This document shows positions 54,471 through 63,204 of a stretch of 64,000 nucleotides of DNA, in pieces (the stretch's first letter is position 1; every line of letters starts with the position of its first letter). A program made the translations under genes and the position numbers. Source of the stretch: an uncultured Legionella sp. (lineage in GTDB: Bacteria > Pseudomonadota > Gammaproteobacteria > UBA6186 > Azoamicaceae); contig CAZFXA010000002.1 in the NCBI GenBank assembly GCA_964522825.1, positions 23,626 through 87,625 on the forward strand. Direction: 5' to 3'. A model generated the notes under the pieces. It was not told the origin of the DNA. It was given only the letters and a program-made list of their open reading frames with translations, and made no database searches.

Positions 54471-54746
54471 TTAAGAATCAGGATGATTGCATACTAAGTG
54501 TTCTATGGCTTTTCCGATTTTTTGCATCTCAGCCGACGGCCCCTCTGTTGGGGGCAGGTTATTCAAATAAGCTACTGCACCAAAGGCAGTCACGCCTACT
54601 AATAAGAACACAGCTTGTTGTAAAAATAGTTTGGTTAATATTTTTTTTCGTATCATGAACCTGAACAGCTCTACAACCAATATGGCCAACGATATCAGCA
54701 AGACCGTTGATAGTCCCTCTATTATTTTCTCAAAAAAAAATGACAT
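54471..54746 (-). CDS. Hypothetical small membrane protein (two TM)
   Basis: From the internal ATG at 54746, after an AAGGA SD. MSFFFEKIIEGLSTVLLISLAILVVELF...AVFLLVGVTAFGAVAYL. Confidence 0.35.
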   Translation of the reverse strand: MSFFFEKIIEGLSTVLLISLAILVVELFRFMIRKKILTKLFLQQAVFLLVGVTAFGAVAYLNNLPPTEGPSAEMQKIGKAIEHLVCNHPDS

Positions 54747-54977
54747 CCCATTTTCCTTTGGTAGCTGAAAGGATGATCCTAGCACAAACCCTTATTCAAT
54801 AAAATGTTGCCATTTGCCCCTAGCCATTCCATGGATTTTTAATGAAAACAGTCCCCTGGCGACGTGCGATTATAGGCATCTTTTGATCATTGTAACATCA
54901 TCGATCCTGTGTGGCTATTATTGCTTAATTTAGAGGGAAATTGCAGGGTTTTTTGCATAAAAAGGTTCAGAAATTCC

Positions 54978-55006
54978 TTGACGGATCATTCAAATTACCC
55001 TATATT
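54978..55006 (+). promoter_or_regulatory. Near-consensus sigma-70 promoter
   Basis: TTGACG (54978-54983), exactly 17-nt spacer, TATATT (55001-55006). It lies about 235 nt upstream of the 55243 start codon. Confidence 0.45.
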
Positions 55007-55242
55007 TATAGAGTTAATTCAACGGGCGCGGAGCGTGAGATCGTCTAAATCCCACACTCCGACATAACCTAATCGGATAAGGATTAAGCCATGCTTGCCA
55101 CGCGTACTATCGTATCAAAGATCATTCTTTCCTGCTATTTTTTCTACTGGGCCTGTCAGGGCTTTAGCCCTCCTTTGCGTTCTTAAATCCCAATTTTTTG
55201 TTTTTTTACGGAATAAGGTTTGAACGCTTAAGGAGTCCTATC

Positions 55243-55728
55243 ATGTCCAAATTATCCATAGATAATGCCCTCAATGTTTTAGGTGTCTCTAAGATGCCTG
55301 CCAACCCACAAGCCCTCGATGCGGCTTATCAATCAGCTTTAGCAGCCTACCAATCTACCCAGGGTCCTGCCTCAGAGCCTGTTCATCAGCTCTTAAAGGC
55401 AGCACACCTCAGCCTTCAACATGCCGGAGATGCTGCCCAAAAGGCTTGTGCTTCCGATCCGGGCTATGCCGCTCGTTTTGATCAGGCTTTAAGCTGGATC
55501 ACCACTACCCCTTTGTCCTTTGAAATCGTAGGTGCTTGGTTGTGGGTAAATGGTACACGAGGTGCCAGCCTGCCTCTTGAATCCGAGCTACGAGTCCATG
55601 GTTTTGAATGGGCCTCTAAAAAAGCCTGCTGGTTTTTAAAACCCCAAGCCGCTACCCATTCCGATCCCCAACGTGAGTCCTGGGATTTAGAGCGCATCCG
55701 ATCGGCTTATGCCCATCGTCCTGTCTAA
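55243..55728 (+). CDS. Hypothetical MGE-type protein with J-domain-like N-terminus lacking HPD
   Basis: 161 aa from ATG 55243, after an AAGGAG SD. N-terminus: IDNALNVLGVSKMPANPQALDAAYQSALAAY (J-like helices, no HPD). C-terminus: FEIVGAWLWVNGTRGASLPLESELRVHGFEWASKKACWFLKP. Confidence 0.55.
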   Translation: MSKLSIDNALNVLGVSKMPANPQALDAAYQSALAAYQSTQGPASEPVHQLLKAAHLSLQHAGDAAQKACASDPGYAARFDQALSWITTTPLSFEIVGAWLWVNGTRGASLPLESELRVHGFEWASKKACWFLKPQAATHSDPQRESWDLERIRSAYAHRPV

Positions 55729-55761
55729 ACAACCTCATTAGTCATTAAAAGGAGATTAACC

Positions 55762-56715
55762 ATGCACAGAGTAATCGATCACACACACTGTTCCCTGCAG
55801 CGCTATCAGCAAGAGATGGGCAATATTCCCTTGCTCAGCGAACAGCAAGCAATAACGATCGCCCAAGCTATTGAGGAAAATAGCCTGTCGCTGAATGCCC
55901 TAGAAGCTTCCCTAGCCGTCCCATCGAGCGTCTTAGCTATGGATGCGCTTAAACGTCAGATTTGTGTGGCTAAGTACAAAGTCCAGAAGGCCAAACAACA
56001 GATGATTGAAGCGAACCTTCGATGGGTCATCAGTATTGCCAAACGATACAAGGGTCGGGGAGTACCCTTAGCCGATTTAATCCAAGAAGGTAATCTGGGT
56101 TTAATGAAAGCTGTCGATAAATTCGATTATCGACTGGGTTATAAATTCTCCACCTATGCGATCTGGTGGATCCGTGAAGCAATGGTGCAGGCAATTGATG
56201 AGGCATCTACGATCCGCATTCCCTCTCATATGAGGAAGTCTATGAGGCGGTTCGCGAAGCATCAGCAACTACTGGCACAAGAACTCGGCAAAGAACCCAG
56301 TACCCAGGAGATGGTTCAACATTTGGGATTGCCTGAGGATCACATCTGCGAAATGCTTCAACTCAAAGAACAACCCCTTAGGTCAAAGCCTCAGGCTGAG
56401 TGTTTAGATCTACACATCCATGCTACAGAGCCATCGCCCTTCAATAGGGTATTGCTAGATGCCTTAAAAACAATCATGCCGCAGATCTTAGGCACACTCA
56501 AGCCGCGTGATGCGCAGATTTTAAGCATGCGTTTTGGATTGGATAACGCAGAGGAGCACACGCTGGAAGCCATTGGCGATGTCTTGGGACTGACCCGAGA
56601 ACGAGTGCGCCAAATTGAAAGTGCGGCCCTTAAAAAACTCAAGCTTTCAGCCTATGCCAAGACCTTAGAAGGCTTCGTAGATAAGGTTCAAAAACAGGCG
56701 CATCGTGCGGCCTAA
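55762..56715 (+). CDS. Sigma-70 family factor, group-2/RpoS-sized paralog (317 aa)
   Basis: Regions 2-4 are present: [99 protein letters not shown]. Confidence 0.85.
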   Translation: MHRVIDHTHCSLQRYQQEMGNIPLLSEQQAITIAQAIEENSLSLNALEASLAVPSSVLAMDALKRQICVAKYKVQKAKQQMIEANLRWVISIAKRYKGRGVPLADLIQEGNLGLMKAVDKFDYRLGYKFSTYAIWWIREAMVQAIDEASTIRIPSHMRKSMRRFAKHQQLLAQELGKEPSTQEMVQHLGLPEDHICEMLQLKEQPLRSKPQAECLDLHIHATEPSPFNRVLLDALKTIMPQILGTLKPRDAQILSMRFGLDNAEEHTLEAIGDVLGLTRERVRQIESAALKKLKLSAYAKTLEGFVDKVQKQAHRAA

Positions 56716-56743
56716 AAAGCATTGTAGGGATAGGAGGTACATC

Positions 56744-58114
56744 ATGCGCAGTCAGGATGATCACGAAAACGCGAATGTTGAAAGATCTTTAGAACAGCCT
56801 TTGCAAGCATCTGTGGATCCGGTCAACGCCTATATGCAAGCCATGAGTCGTTTTAAATTGCTGAACCGCCAGGATGAAAGGGTCCTTGGAGAACGTATTG
56901 AAAAGGGTCTTCAAGCAGTCTTAGCGACCCTGGCACACTATCCACCCACGCTTGATCCGCTATTGGAGGCTTTCCAAAAAGTGCAGCGTTCTGAAATGGC
57001 CTTCAACGAGGTGATCCATGGCTTTATAGAGCCGTCTCCTCTTGCAGCCACGAGCCCTACAAAAACCAATGCGGTCGTAACAACGACCCTAAAGCATTCT
57101 GACTGGGTAGAAGCTAACAATCGATTTGAAAATCTGGCTATTTTAAAAATACAGGTTGAACAATGTCTAGCCAAATGGGGTCGGGTACATGCTAGAACCC
57201 AGGGAGCATTTTTAGTATTAGCCAACGCCTTAAGTTGTTTTAGAGTATGCAGCCCCTTATTAAAGACCATGATCCTTATTTTGCGTAAGGCATTGTCTTC
57301 GGAACAGTCCCTTGAGAAACAGGCATTGCGTCATCAGCTCTGGTGTGCAGAATCTGAAGTAGTTCGTGCTAAAGATGAATTGATTAACGCTAATCTTCGT
57401 TTGGTCATTTCTATTGCGAAGAAATACCAGAATCAAGGTCTAGCCTTCTTAGATTTAATCCAAGAGGGCAACTTAGGTTTGATGAAGGCGGTTGATAAAT
57501 TTGATTATCAAAGAGGCTATAAATTCTCGACCTATGCAACCTGGTGGATCCGCCAGGCGATCACCCGTGCCCTTGCCGATCAAGGTCGAGAAATCCGTGT
57601 GCCGGTACATGTGATTGAAGTGATGCAAAAATTAAGGAAAGTCCACAATAAAATCGTACAGGAAACGGGCTTCGAGCCCACAGTCGAAGCCTTAGCCAAG
57701 CACAGCCATACACCCCTGCAAAAGGTCCATAAAGTACTGGGGATTTTTGATCCTATTTCTATGGAAACGCCGATAAGACATGAGGAATCCGCTTTGTTGT
57801 TAGAAGATGTGATAGTCGATTCGACGCTGCAATCGCCCCTGGCGTTGGTAAGCCAAACGGAATTACAAAAAACCCTGCATAAAGTTTTAGCAGAACTGCC
57901 TGCCCGTGAAGCCATGGTGCTCAGAATGCGTTTTGGTATTGATACAGACACAGAACAGACCCTAGAGGAAATCGGTCGCACCCTGGGTCTGACCCGAGAA
58001 CGGGTGAGGCAAATTGAAGGGCAGGCCTTAGCCAAGCTCAGACTACCTCGTCGGGCTAAGGTATTGAAAGCGTTCTTAGAAGATAAGTCCTCAGAGGTTC
58101 AAAAGAAAACATAA
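56744..58114 (+). CDS. RpoD-like sigma-70 paralog lacking region 1.1 (456 aa)
   Basis: From ATG 56744, after a [40 protein letters not shown] (1.2), [18 protein letters not shown] (as in host Rpo[13 protein letters not shown]), [59 protein letters not shown]. Confidence 0.88.
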   Translation: MRSQDDHENANVERSLEQPLQASVDPVNAYMQAMSRFKLLNRQDERVLGERIEKGLQAVLATLAHYPPTLDPLLEAFQKVQRSEMAFNEVIHGFIEPSPLAATSPTKTNAVVTTTLKHSDWVEANNRFENLAILKIQVEQCLAKWGRVHARTQGAFLVLANALSCFRVCSPLLKTMILILRKALSSEQSLEKQALRHQLWCAESEVVRAKDELINANLRLVISIAKKYQNQGLAFLDLIQEGNLGLMKAVDKFDYQRGYKFSTYATWWIRQAITRALADQGREIRVPVHVIEVMQKLRKVHNKIVQETGFEPTVEALAKHSHTPLQKVHKVLGIFDPISMETPIRHEESALLLEDVIVDSTLQSPLALVSQTELQKTLHKVLAELPAREAMVLRMRFGIDTDTEQTLEEIGRTLGLTRERVRQIEGQALAKLRLPRRAKVLKAFLEDKSSEVQKKT

Positions 58115-58150
58115 GGCTTTAGACAACCATTGCCAAGTGGCAATGAATCA

Positions 58151-58175
58151 GGTGTGGCGGCGCACTCGCCATGGG
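58151..58175 (+). promoter_or_regulatory. Conserved 5' leader hairpin, copy A (upstream of 58206 gene)
   Basis: GGTGTGGCGGCGCACTCGCCATGGG, with stem TGGCG/CGCCA and a 7-nt loop. It shares GTGTGGCG..CGCCA(C/T)G(T)GG with 59359-59397. Confidence 0.4.
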
Positions 58176-58205
58176 ATATCAGTGAAAAATCTGAAGGAGT
58201 CATGT

Positions 58206-58916
58206 ATGCAAAAGATTAGGACCTCAGAATACAAATGGTTTTTGAAATGTTATGCCTACGATCATAGCTGTTTAGCCGAAGACTATGCAGGGATGCAAAA
58301 AGTGATAACCTTATTTGACTCCTTCATCAATCCTGGTGAGACACCGTTATTTTATCAGCTTAAAACCATCAGAAAAATGATTGAGAAAAGTCAGCATGTC
58401 AACCATGGTGCACAAACCAGCATCCATCATCGCTTAGAAGGTTTAAAGATGAAACAAAAAGGAACTATTTTTAAGCGTTTGAGGACATTTATGTTCTCTT
58501 CCGAGGTTGAGCTGGGTCTTTGTTATTTGATTTTACAGGAGGAAGAACAGGTTCATACTTTTTTGAAGGCGCAACACACCAAGCTTAAAGACCTTTTAAA
58601 GCAGATGTATGAGCCTGCCTTATTAAAACATTTATCCAGAGTGGATGTAGGCCGTGTTCAAAGCCTAGAAATTTTTCTTAGACGAGCACGTGCCGTGAAC
58701 AAAGAGGTTATAAGAGACTGCCATAATATGCGTAAAGTGTTGAAAGAATATGCACCCCATGACATACCGACCACAAGCTTTCAGAGCTTAATCCAGCATT
58801 GTAATAGCTGGGGTTCTCAAGTCAATACGATCCCCTTGCGATCTAAAAGTGTGTTCAGGCGGGTATCCGAACAATGCTCTGCTCTGTGGGATGTTTGTAT
58901 TTTTTTATGGGATTAA
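58206..58916 (+). CDS. Hypothetical protein, unknown family copy 1 (236 aa)
   Basis: From ATG 58206, after a GAAGGAG SD. MQKIRTSEYKWFLKCYAYDHSCLAEDYAGMQ...VHTFLKAQHTKLKDLLKQM. It is paralogous to 59430..60104. Confidence 0.65.
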   Translation: MQKIRTSEYKWFLKCYAYDHSCLAEDYAGMQKVITLFDSFINPGETPLFYQLKTIRKMIEKSQHVNHGAQTSIHHRLEGLKMKQKGTIFKRLRTFMFSSEVELGLCYLILQEEEQVHTFLKAQHTKLKDLLKQMYEPALLKHLSRVDVGRVQSLEIFLRRARAVNKEVIRDCHNMRKVLKEYAPHDIPTTSFQSLIQHCNSWGSQVNTIPLRSKSVFRRVSEQCSALWDVCIFLWD

Positions 58917-58939
58917 GCGAGCGCCAGGAGAATAGCAAT

Positions 58940-59308
58940 GTTCCTTTTAAGTCTCTTGGATCATTATTTATTTTTAAGAACACATATGAATATCCAGATT
59001 TTACTGGCAGTGATCCATGTCAAAATGCAAGCCTTGCTGAAGATTATGGGAGCTCAGCCTTGGACTAAGGCAGCACTGTTATGGCTGTGCGCTTTAAGAA
59101 GCTTGGCACACCCTGAACGAATGAAGCAGTATTTTTACGACTTTGAATCATCAACAGTATCATTCTATAACGAAAGGAGAAATCCATGTCAACAATGATA
59201 GTCGATGCTCAATTGCTTTTAAATAACTCTCGCACTTGCCATGGTCTTATGGAGCACTATTACGGTGCTGTGAAAAACGTGCTGCACACACTAGGTAAAC
59301 GATCTTAA
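58940..59308 (+). pseudogene. Decayed copies of the same unknown family (two fragments)
   Basis: Fragment 1: YEYPDFTGSDPCQNASLAEDYGSSALD-stop aligns to copy 1 SEYKWFLKCYAYDHSCLAEDYAGMQ. Fragment 2 (59186..59308, after a GGAG SD): MSTMIVDAQLLLNNSRTCHGLMEHYYGAVKNVLHTLGKRS aligns to the copy-4 N-terminus MSTIKISDYIFFLKTCYFGHQLLEKCY. Confidence 0.5.
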
Positions 59309-59358
59309 GTTTTTATAAGGATGCCTACAGCGCATGGATTAAAGAGTCACAACGATCA

Positions 59359-59397
59359 AGTGTGGCGACGGGTGCGATCAACACCCCCGCCACGTGG
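59359..59397 (+). promoter_or_regulatory. Conserved 5' leader hairpin, copy B (upstream of 59430 gene)
   Basis: GTGGCG(62-67)/CGCCAC(88-93) plus the inner stem GGGTG/CACCC, with loop CGATCAA. The position is equivalent to copy A, about 30-50 nt before the AAGGAG SD. Confidence 0.4.
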
Positions 59398-59429
59398 ACA
59401 TTAGCAACAAGTCTTAAGGAGAGTTACTC

Positions 59430-60104
59430 ATGTCAACGATTAAGATATCAGATTACATCTTTTTTTTAAAGACCTGTTATTTTGGACATCAGCTTTTAGA
59501 AAAATGTTATAAAATGCAGCAGAATTATCTTGCCCTACTATTGGAAGATAAGCCGCCAGCTAGTCTTTTAGATTCTTTGCAAGTCTTCAATGCTTTAATA
59601 GACCAAGCGCTATCATCGATGAATCCATGCTATCTCAGCTTCTTAGTGGATCAGATGGTTGAGCAGCAGGCTAGTGCTCCGAGAACCTTTATCCCGCTCT
59701 GGGATTACACCTTGGTCTTGAACGATCAGCATAACCTGCATACTTTTTTAAGTCAGAAAAATATTGAAATCAAAAAATGTCTTCAAAGAATAGAAATCTT
59801 TTATCAATACAATCCTCTTGCAGCAGGTGTTGTTTTTGCGGGGCAACTCAAGAAATTGCAAGGGATTGCACAATTTATTCATCAAAAAATGCTGATGGTC
59901 TTAGGGAACATCCAAGCGTTTTTAGACAAAACACCGCTCAAAAGTGACGCGGGGAGTGTTGTGGCTTTCGAAGCTTTGATGGGCCATTTAAAGGGCCCTA
60001 ACGCTTTCAATCAGGCACAGGGTTCAAAGAATGATGGAGCCTTGAAAAGGACCTTTAAAGGCTATGGTAATCGTCCACCCTTATCGAAGAGGAATGATGA
60101 CTAA
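59430..60104 (+). CDS. Hypothetical protein, unknown family copy 4 (224 aa)
   Basis: MSTIKISDYIFFLKTCYFGHQLLEKCYKMQQ...LHTFLSQKNIEIKKCLQRI. It is paralogous to 58206..58916. A TAATG overlap couples it to the LysR gene. Confidence 0.65.
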   Translation: MSTIKISDYIFFLKTCYFGHQLLEKCYKMQQNYLALLLEDKPPASLLDSLQVFNALIDQALSSMNPCYLSFLVDQMVEQQASAPRTFIPLWDYTLVLNDQHNLHTFLSQKNIEIKKCLQRIEIFYQYNPLAAGVVFAGQLKKLQGIAQFIHQKMLMVLGNIQAFLDKTPLKSDAGSVVAFEALMGHLKGPNAFNQAQGSKNDGALKRTFKGYGNRPPLSKRNDD

Positions 60105-61045
60105 TGCCTGTCTCGGTTTTTATTCCACAATTGAAGCCGTGTTTTTGGCATAAAATTTATTGTTTTTATTACGTAGCTTATTTTAAAAGTTACTCTAAGG
60201 CTGCAATAGCACTCAATACCACCCGACCTTCGCTTAGCCGGGCTGTGAAAGCCTTGGAGCATCGCCTTAATACCACACTATTAGTACGAAGTACCCGCCA
60301 CGTGGCCTTAACCGAAGAGGGTCTACGTATTTTAGGGGAGGCTAAGTATTTGTTAGGCACGCTCAAGAGAATAGAGAGTTTTCATCAGAGAAAGGATCTT
60401 GTCAGTCACGAATCCATCTGCCTTTTTGTGCCCGAACCTCTTTTAACGGATTATCTGATGGCTCCATTGCTAGGTTTTCAGCATACGTACCCTGAGCTCA
60501 CTGTGAAAATCCATCTGACGAATAGCTTAGAACAAGAACCACCTTCCACACACTTGGTTCATATTCGTTTCGGGTTTGAGCAAGGGTCCGAATGGGTTCA
60601 AAAACCCCTATTGCATTTTGAAGGGGGTTTATATGCCAGTGCAGGCTATTTGCAAAAATGGGGACCACTACGGATGCTTGAAGATTTATCCGAACATCGA
60701 TTGTTGCTCTTAAACGCAACAATCCCAAGCATTTTTGAAGACATGAATTGGCATGGCTCGCTTTTGAAACAGCATTTAGGTCAAGAGGCTGCGCGCTGTG
60801 TCATCCATACCCCTGAGCATTTGATCAAAATGGCTGAAGCAGATTTTGGGATTATCGCTTGGATTAAGGATCATCCCTATTTGAATAACCATGGTTTAAC
60901 GGAAATTTTAGAGGATGTTACGGCACTATACGGTCCTCAGAGGCAAGCTTATTTTGCCTGTGAAGCCTCGAGCTTTGAATCAGAAGGTGTACAAGCCCTC
61001 TATTTACATTTAAGTCGGCATGCCCGGGGTTCTTCAGGGGAATAA
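60104..61045 (+). CDS. LysR-family transcriptional regulator
   Basis: 313 aa. N-terminal wHTH: YFKSYSKAAIALNTTRPSLSRAVKALEHRLNTTLLVRSTRHVALTEEG. It has a C-terminal substrate-binding-like domain. Confidence 0.85.
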   Translation: MPVSVFIPQLKPCFWHKIYCFYYVAYFKSYSKAAIALNTTRPSLSRAVKALEHRLNTTLLVRSTRHVALTEEGLRILGEAKYLLGTLKRIESFHQRKDLVSHESICLFVPEPLLTDYLMAPLLGFQHTYPELTVKIHLTNSLEQEPPSTHLVHIRFGFEQGSEWVQKPLLHFEGGLYASAGYLQKWGPLRMLEDLSEHRLLLLNATIPSIFEDMNWHGSLLKQHLGQEAARCVIHTPEHLIKMAEADFGIIAWIKDHPYLNNHGLTEILEDVTALYGPQRQAYFACEASSFESEGVQALYLHLSRHARGSSGE

Positions 61046-61130
61046 AAGGATTGGTGTCCAAAAAGGTAACAATGAAATTTTCAGTTTGGCTTATAGTGGG
61101 AATACTTTAGATCAATCAGGAGGATCAAAT

Positions 61131-61508
61131 ATGGATCAACAGGATAAGAAGAAACAAGAGGCTTTGTGGACACGCAAAGTCATGGATTTACACCAGGTAA
61201 TAGAACGCGCACTTTCTAGGCAATGGACTCTGATCGATGATCGGGATTGCCGTGATAAATCTCCTGTTAACAGAGCTTTAAAGAAGGTGAAGCAATTAAA
61301 TACTTTGGTGAATGATGGATTGATTGGCTCTCAACACTACCAAAAAAATCTTAAAATATTAATGAAATATATCGAAGAACTAGCATTGTATGATTTTGTT
61401 TCAGAAGAGGTGCTTCAAACATTTGGATCTGAAGCAGGTGTTTTTTCTGGTGAGGATACTATGGCTTCAACCTTTGCATGGATACAGAGTCAAGGCATTA
61501 ATCTTTAA
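61131..61508 (+). CDS. Hypothetical protein (125 aa)
   Basis: From ATG 61131, after an AGGAGG SD. MDQQDKKKQEALWTRKVMDLHQVIERALSRQWTLIDD... Helical. Weakly similar in layout to the next ORF. Confidence 0.5.
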   Translation: MDQQDKKKQEALWTRKVMDLHQVIERALSRQWTLIDDRDCRDKSPVNRALKKVKQLNTLVNDGLIGSQHYQKNLKILMKYIEELALYDFVSEEVLQTFGSEAGVFSGEDTMASTFAWIQSQGINL

Positions 61509-61535
61509 AAACAATGGGTAACATGAGGATCAAAG

Positions 61536-61886
61536 ATGCGTGATCAGGATGAACAGTGGATCTATGAAATCATTGAAGCCCATGGCTGCCTATCTAAGGA
61601 GATTTCTCGGCAATTAAGCTTAATACCCAGGGCCTTTAAGCAACGTAGAGCTTTGCTAAGAATTTTACTGAATGAACTAGATAGGATGGATAGCATGGTA
61701 GATTGTATTGGACCTTCTTTAGAAGATTATCAATGGGTTTGTGCAGAATTTTTTGCATGGTTAGACCATGAGCATTTGCGGTTAGGGCCTTTGATGATAG
61801 AAAAAATTCAGAAGAATTTTGGTGCAGATCATTTTTTTGTCAAGGAAATCCTGCCAAAAATCAAAAAAGGGGGGTATTCATGTTAA
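61536..61886 (+). CDS. Hypothetical protein (116 aa)
   Basis: MRDQDEQWIYEIIEAHGCLSKEISRQLSLIPRAF... An SD-like GAGGA lies upstream. No motif recognised. Confidence 0.5.
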   Translation: MRDQDEQWIYEIIEAHGCLSKEISRQLSLIPRAFKQRRALLRILLNELDRMDSMVDCIGPSLEDYQWVCAEFFAWLDHEHLRLGPLMIEKIQKNFGADHFFVKEILPKIKKGGYSC

Positions 61887-62019
61887 GATGAGCCAGGACC
61901 CGGTCATCCGATATGGTAGGTGGGGACTTTGATCGGGGTCCTGGAAGACTATAGACTATAAGGAAGGGTTCTATTTTGAAAGGACTGGGGATTTACACGT
62001 AAATTGGGGAGAACAGAGC

Positions 62020-63123
62020 ATGCGACCACCTTTTCATCCTTTTCACCAGCCCACGGTTGATCCGCTGTTTAAGCACCTGATGGGGCATGAGATCGTTCGC
62101 AATAGTTTGTTAACTGCTATTTTAAAAGAGCCCGTGAGCTATTCCCAGCTCATCGATGGAGCACTAAACCCTTTTCCTGCCTTTAAGGACTTACGTTCTT
62201 TGATTAACCGTGAGGAACTCTCTGAGCTCATGGATCAAATAGGCTCTCTTTCACTCAAAGACCTGGCCGATCGGAAGAATGGTCCTTTGGTGAACAAGGC
62301 CTTAGCTTTTATGCACGAACTTGCCCCGCTCTATACAGAGCTTAGCTCAGCCTTGCCAAGCGCTGAGCGGCAGACCCAGTTAGATATCGTTTGTGAGACC
62401 AGCTATGGACTGGTGACTGTCGAGATGCAAGTATCACCACAAAATTATTGGGATGTTCGGATTTTAGATCATGTTTGTGGGCTCTTTCATCGACAATTCT
62501 CCAGGGGTTTTAAATGGAGTTCACTGGAAACCGATCCGGATATTGCTAACAAGGTTAGTCGTGTGGTGGGTATTAGTCTTTTTGCCAAAGCCCCTATGTA
62601 TCCTGAAAAAGTTCAGGCTTTGTTGCCCTGGTATACGGCTGAAGGCTGGGACGTGGATGAACTGAGTCGTCATTACCGTTTATTAGAGGAGAAGCATCCT
62701 CGAAAAGTGAGACCTGGCATCGAGTTTTTTGATTTTAACCTCGAAGCATTCATTTTTTTACATGCCAATGGGGGTCTTGAAGACTATCCCAAAGACTTAT
62801 GTGCTTGGTTAGATTTTTTTGCCAGAGCTCATACGAAAACCCTTGCAGATATTGAACAGGGGGATTATTCAGAGCCTATTAAGAAGGCCTATGACATTAT
62901 TAAAGATCTGCCCCCCAACATCGAAGAAATGTATGCTGAGAGTCTCATCAGACAGGCGGATATCTCTCATTTTGTACAAGGGACTAAAGAACACGCTATG
63001 GCAGAGGGAGAAACCAAAAGTAAAATGATTATTGCCAAAAATCTTATGAACAAGGGGATGGCACCCGATGAAATAGCAGCGATGACGGGTCTGTCTGTTA
63101 CTGAGATTGAGCGCTTAAAATAG
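62020..63123 (+). CDS. Rpn/YhgA-like PD-(D/E)xK nuclease family putative transposase
   Basis: 367 aa. N-terminus: VDPLFKHLMGHEIVRNSLLTAILKE. Core: QLDIVCETSYGLVTVEMQV (D..E.Q). Typical C-terminal tail: AEGETKSKMIIAKNLMNKGMAPDEIAAMTGLSVTEIERLK. Confidence 0.7.
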   Translation: MRPPFHPFHQPTVDPLFKHLMGHEIVRNSLLTAILKEPVSYSQLIDGALNPFPAFKDLRSLINREELSELMDQIGSLSLKDLADRKNGPLVNKALAFMHELAPLYTELSSALPSAERQTQLDIVCETSYGLVTVEMQVSPQNYWDVRILDHVCGLFHRQFSRGFKWSSLETDPDIANKVSRVVGISLFAKAPMYPEKVQALLPWYTAEGWDVDELSRHYRLLEEKHPRKVRPGIEFFDFNLEAFIFLHANGGLEDYPKDLCAWLDFFARAHTKTLADIEQGDYSEPIKKAYDIIKDLPPNIEEMYAESLIRQADISHFVQGTKEHAMAEGETKSKMIIAKNLMNKGMAPDEIAAMTGLSVTEIERLK

Positions 63124-63204
63124 TAAGATTTGGTGTCTTTTCGAGAGATGAAAATTTCAAAGGAGATAATAGAGTTTATCTAAATAATGCGGTTAGGAGC
63201 AGGG

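Noticed and set aside
58151-59397. GTGTGGCG motif as an F-like oriT nic site (F nic region contains GGTGTGGTGC)
   Set aside because: The two copies sit in equivalent 5' leader positions of paralogous genes far from the tra genes. A duplicated leader or regulatory hairpin is therefore the simpler explanation, and the resemblance to the nic site is short.
61893-61944. 9-bp inverted repeat with a 34-nt loop after the 61536 gene as a terminator
   Set aside because: It has no T-tract and a very long loop, so I cannot assign a function. It is noted only in a finding.
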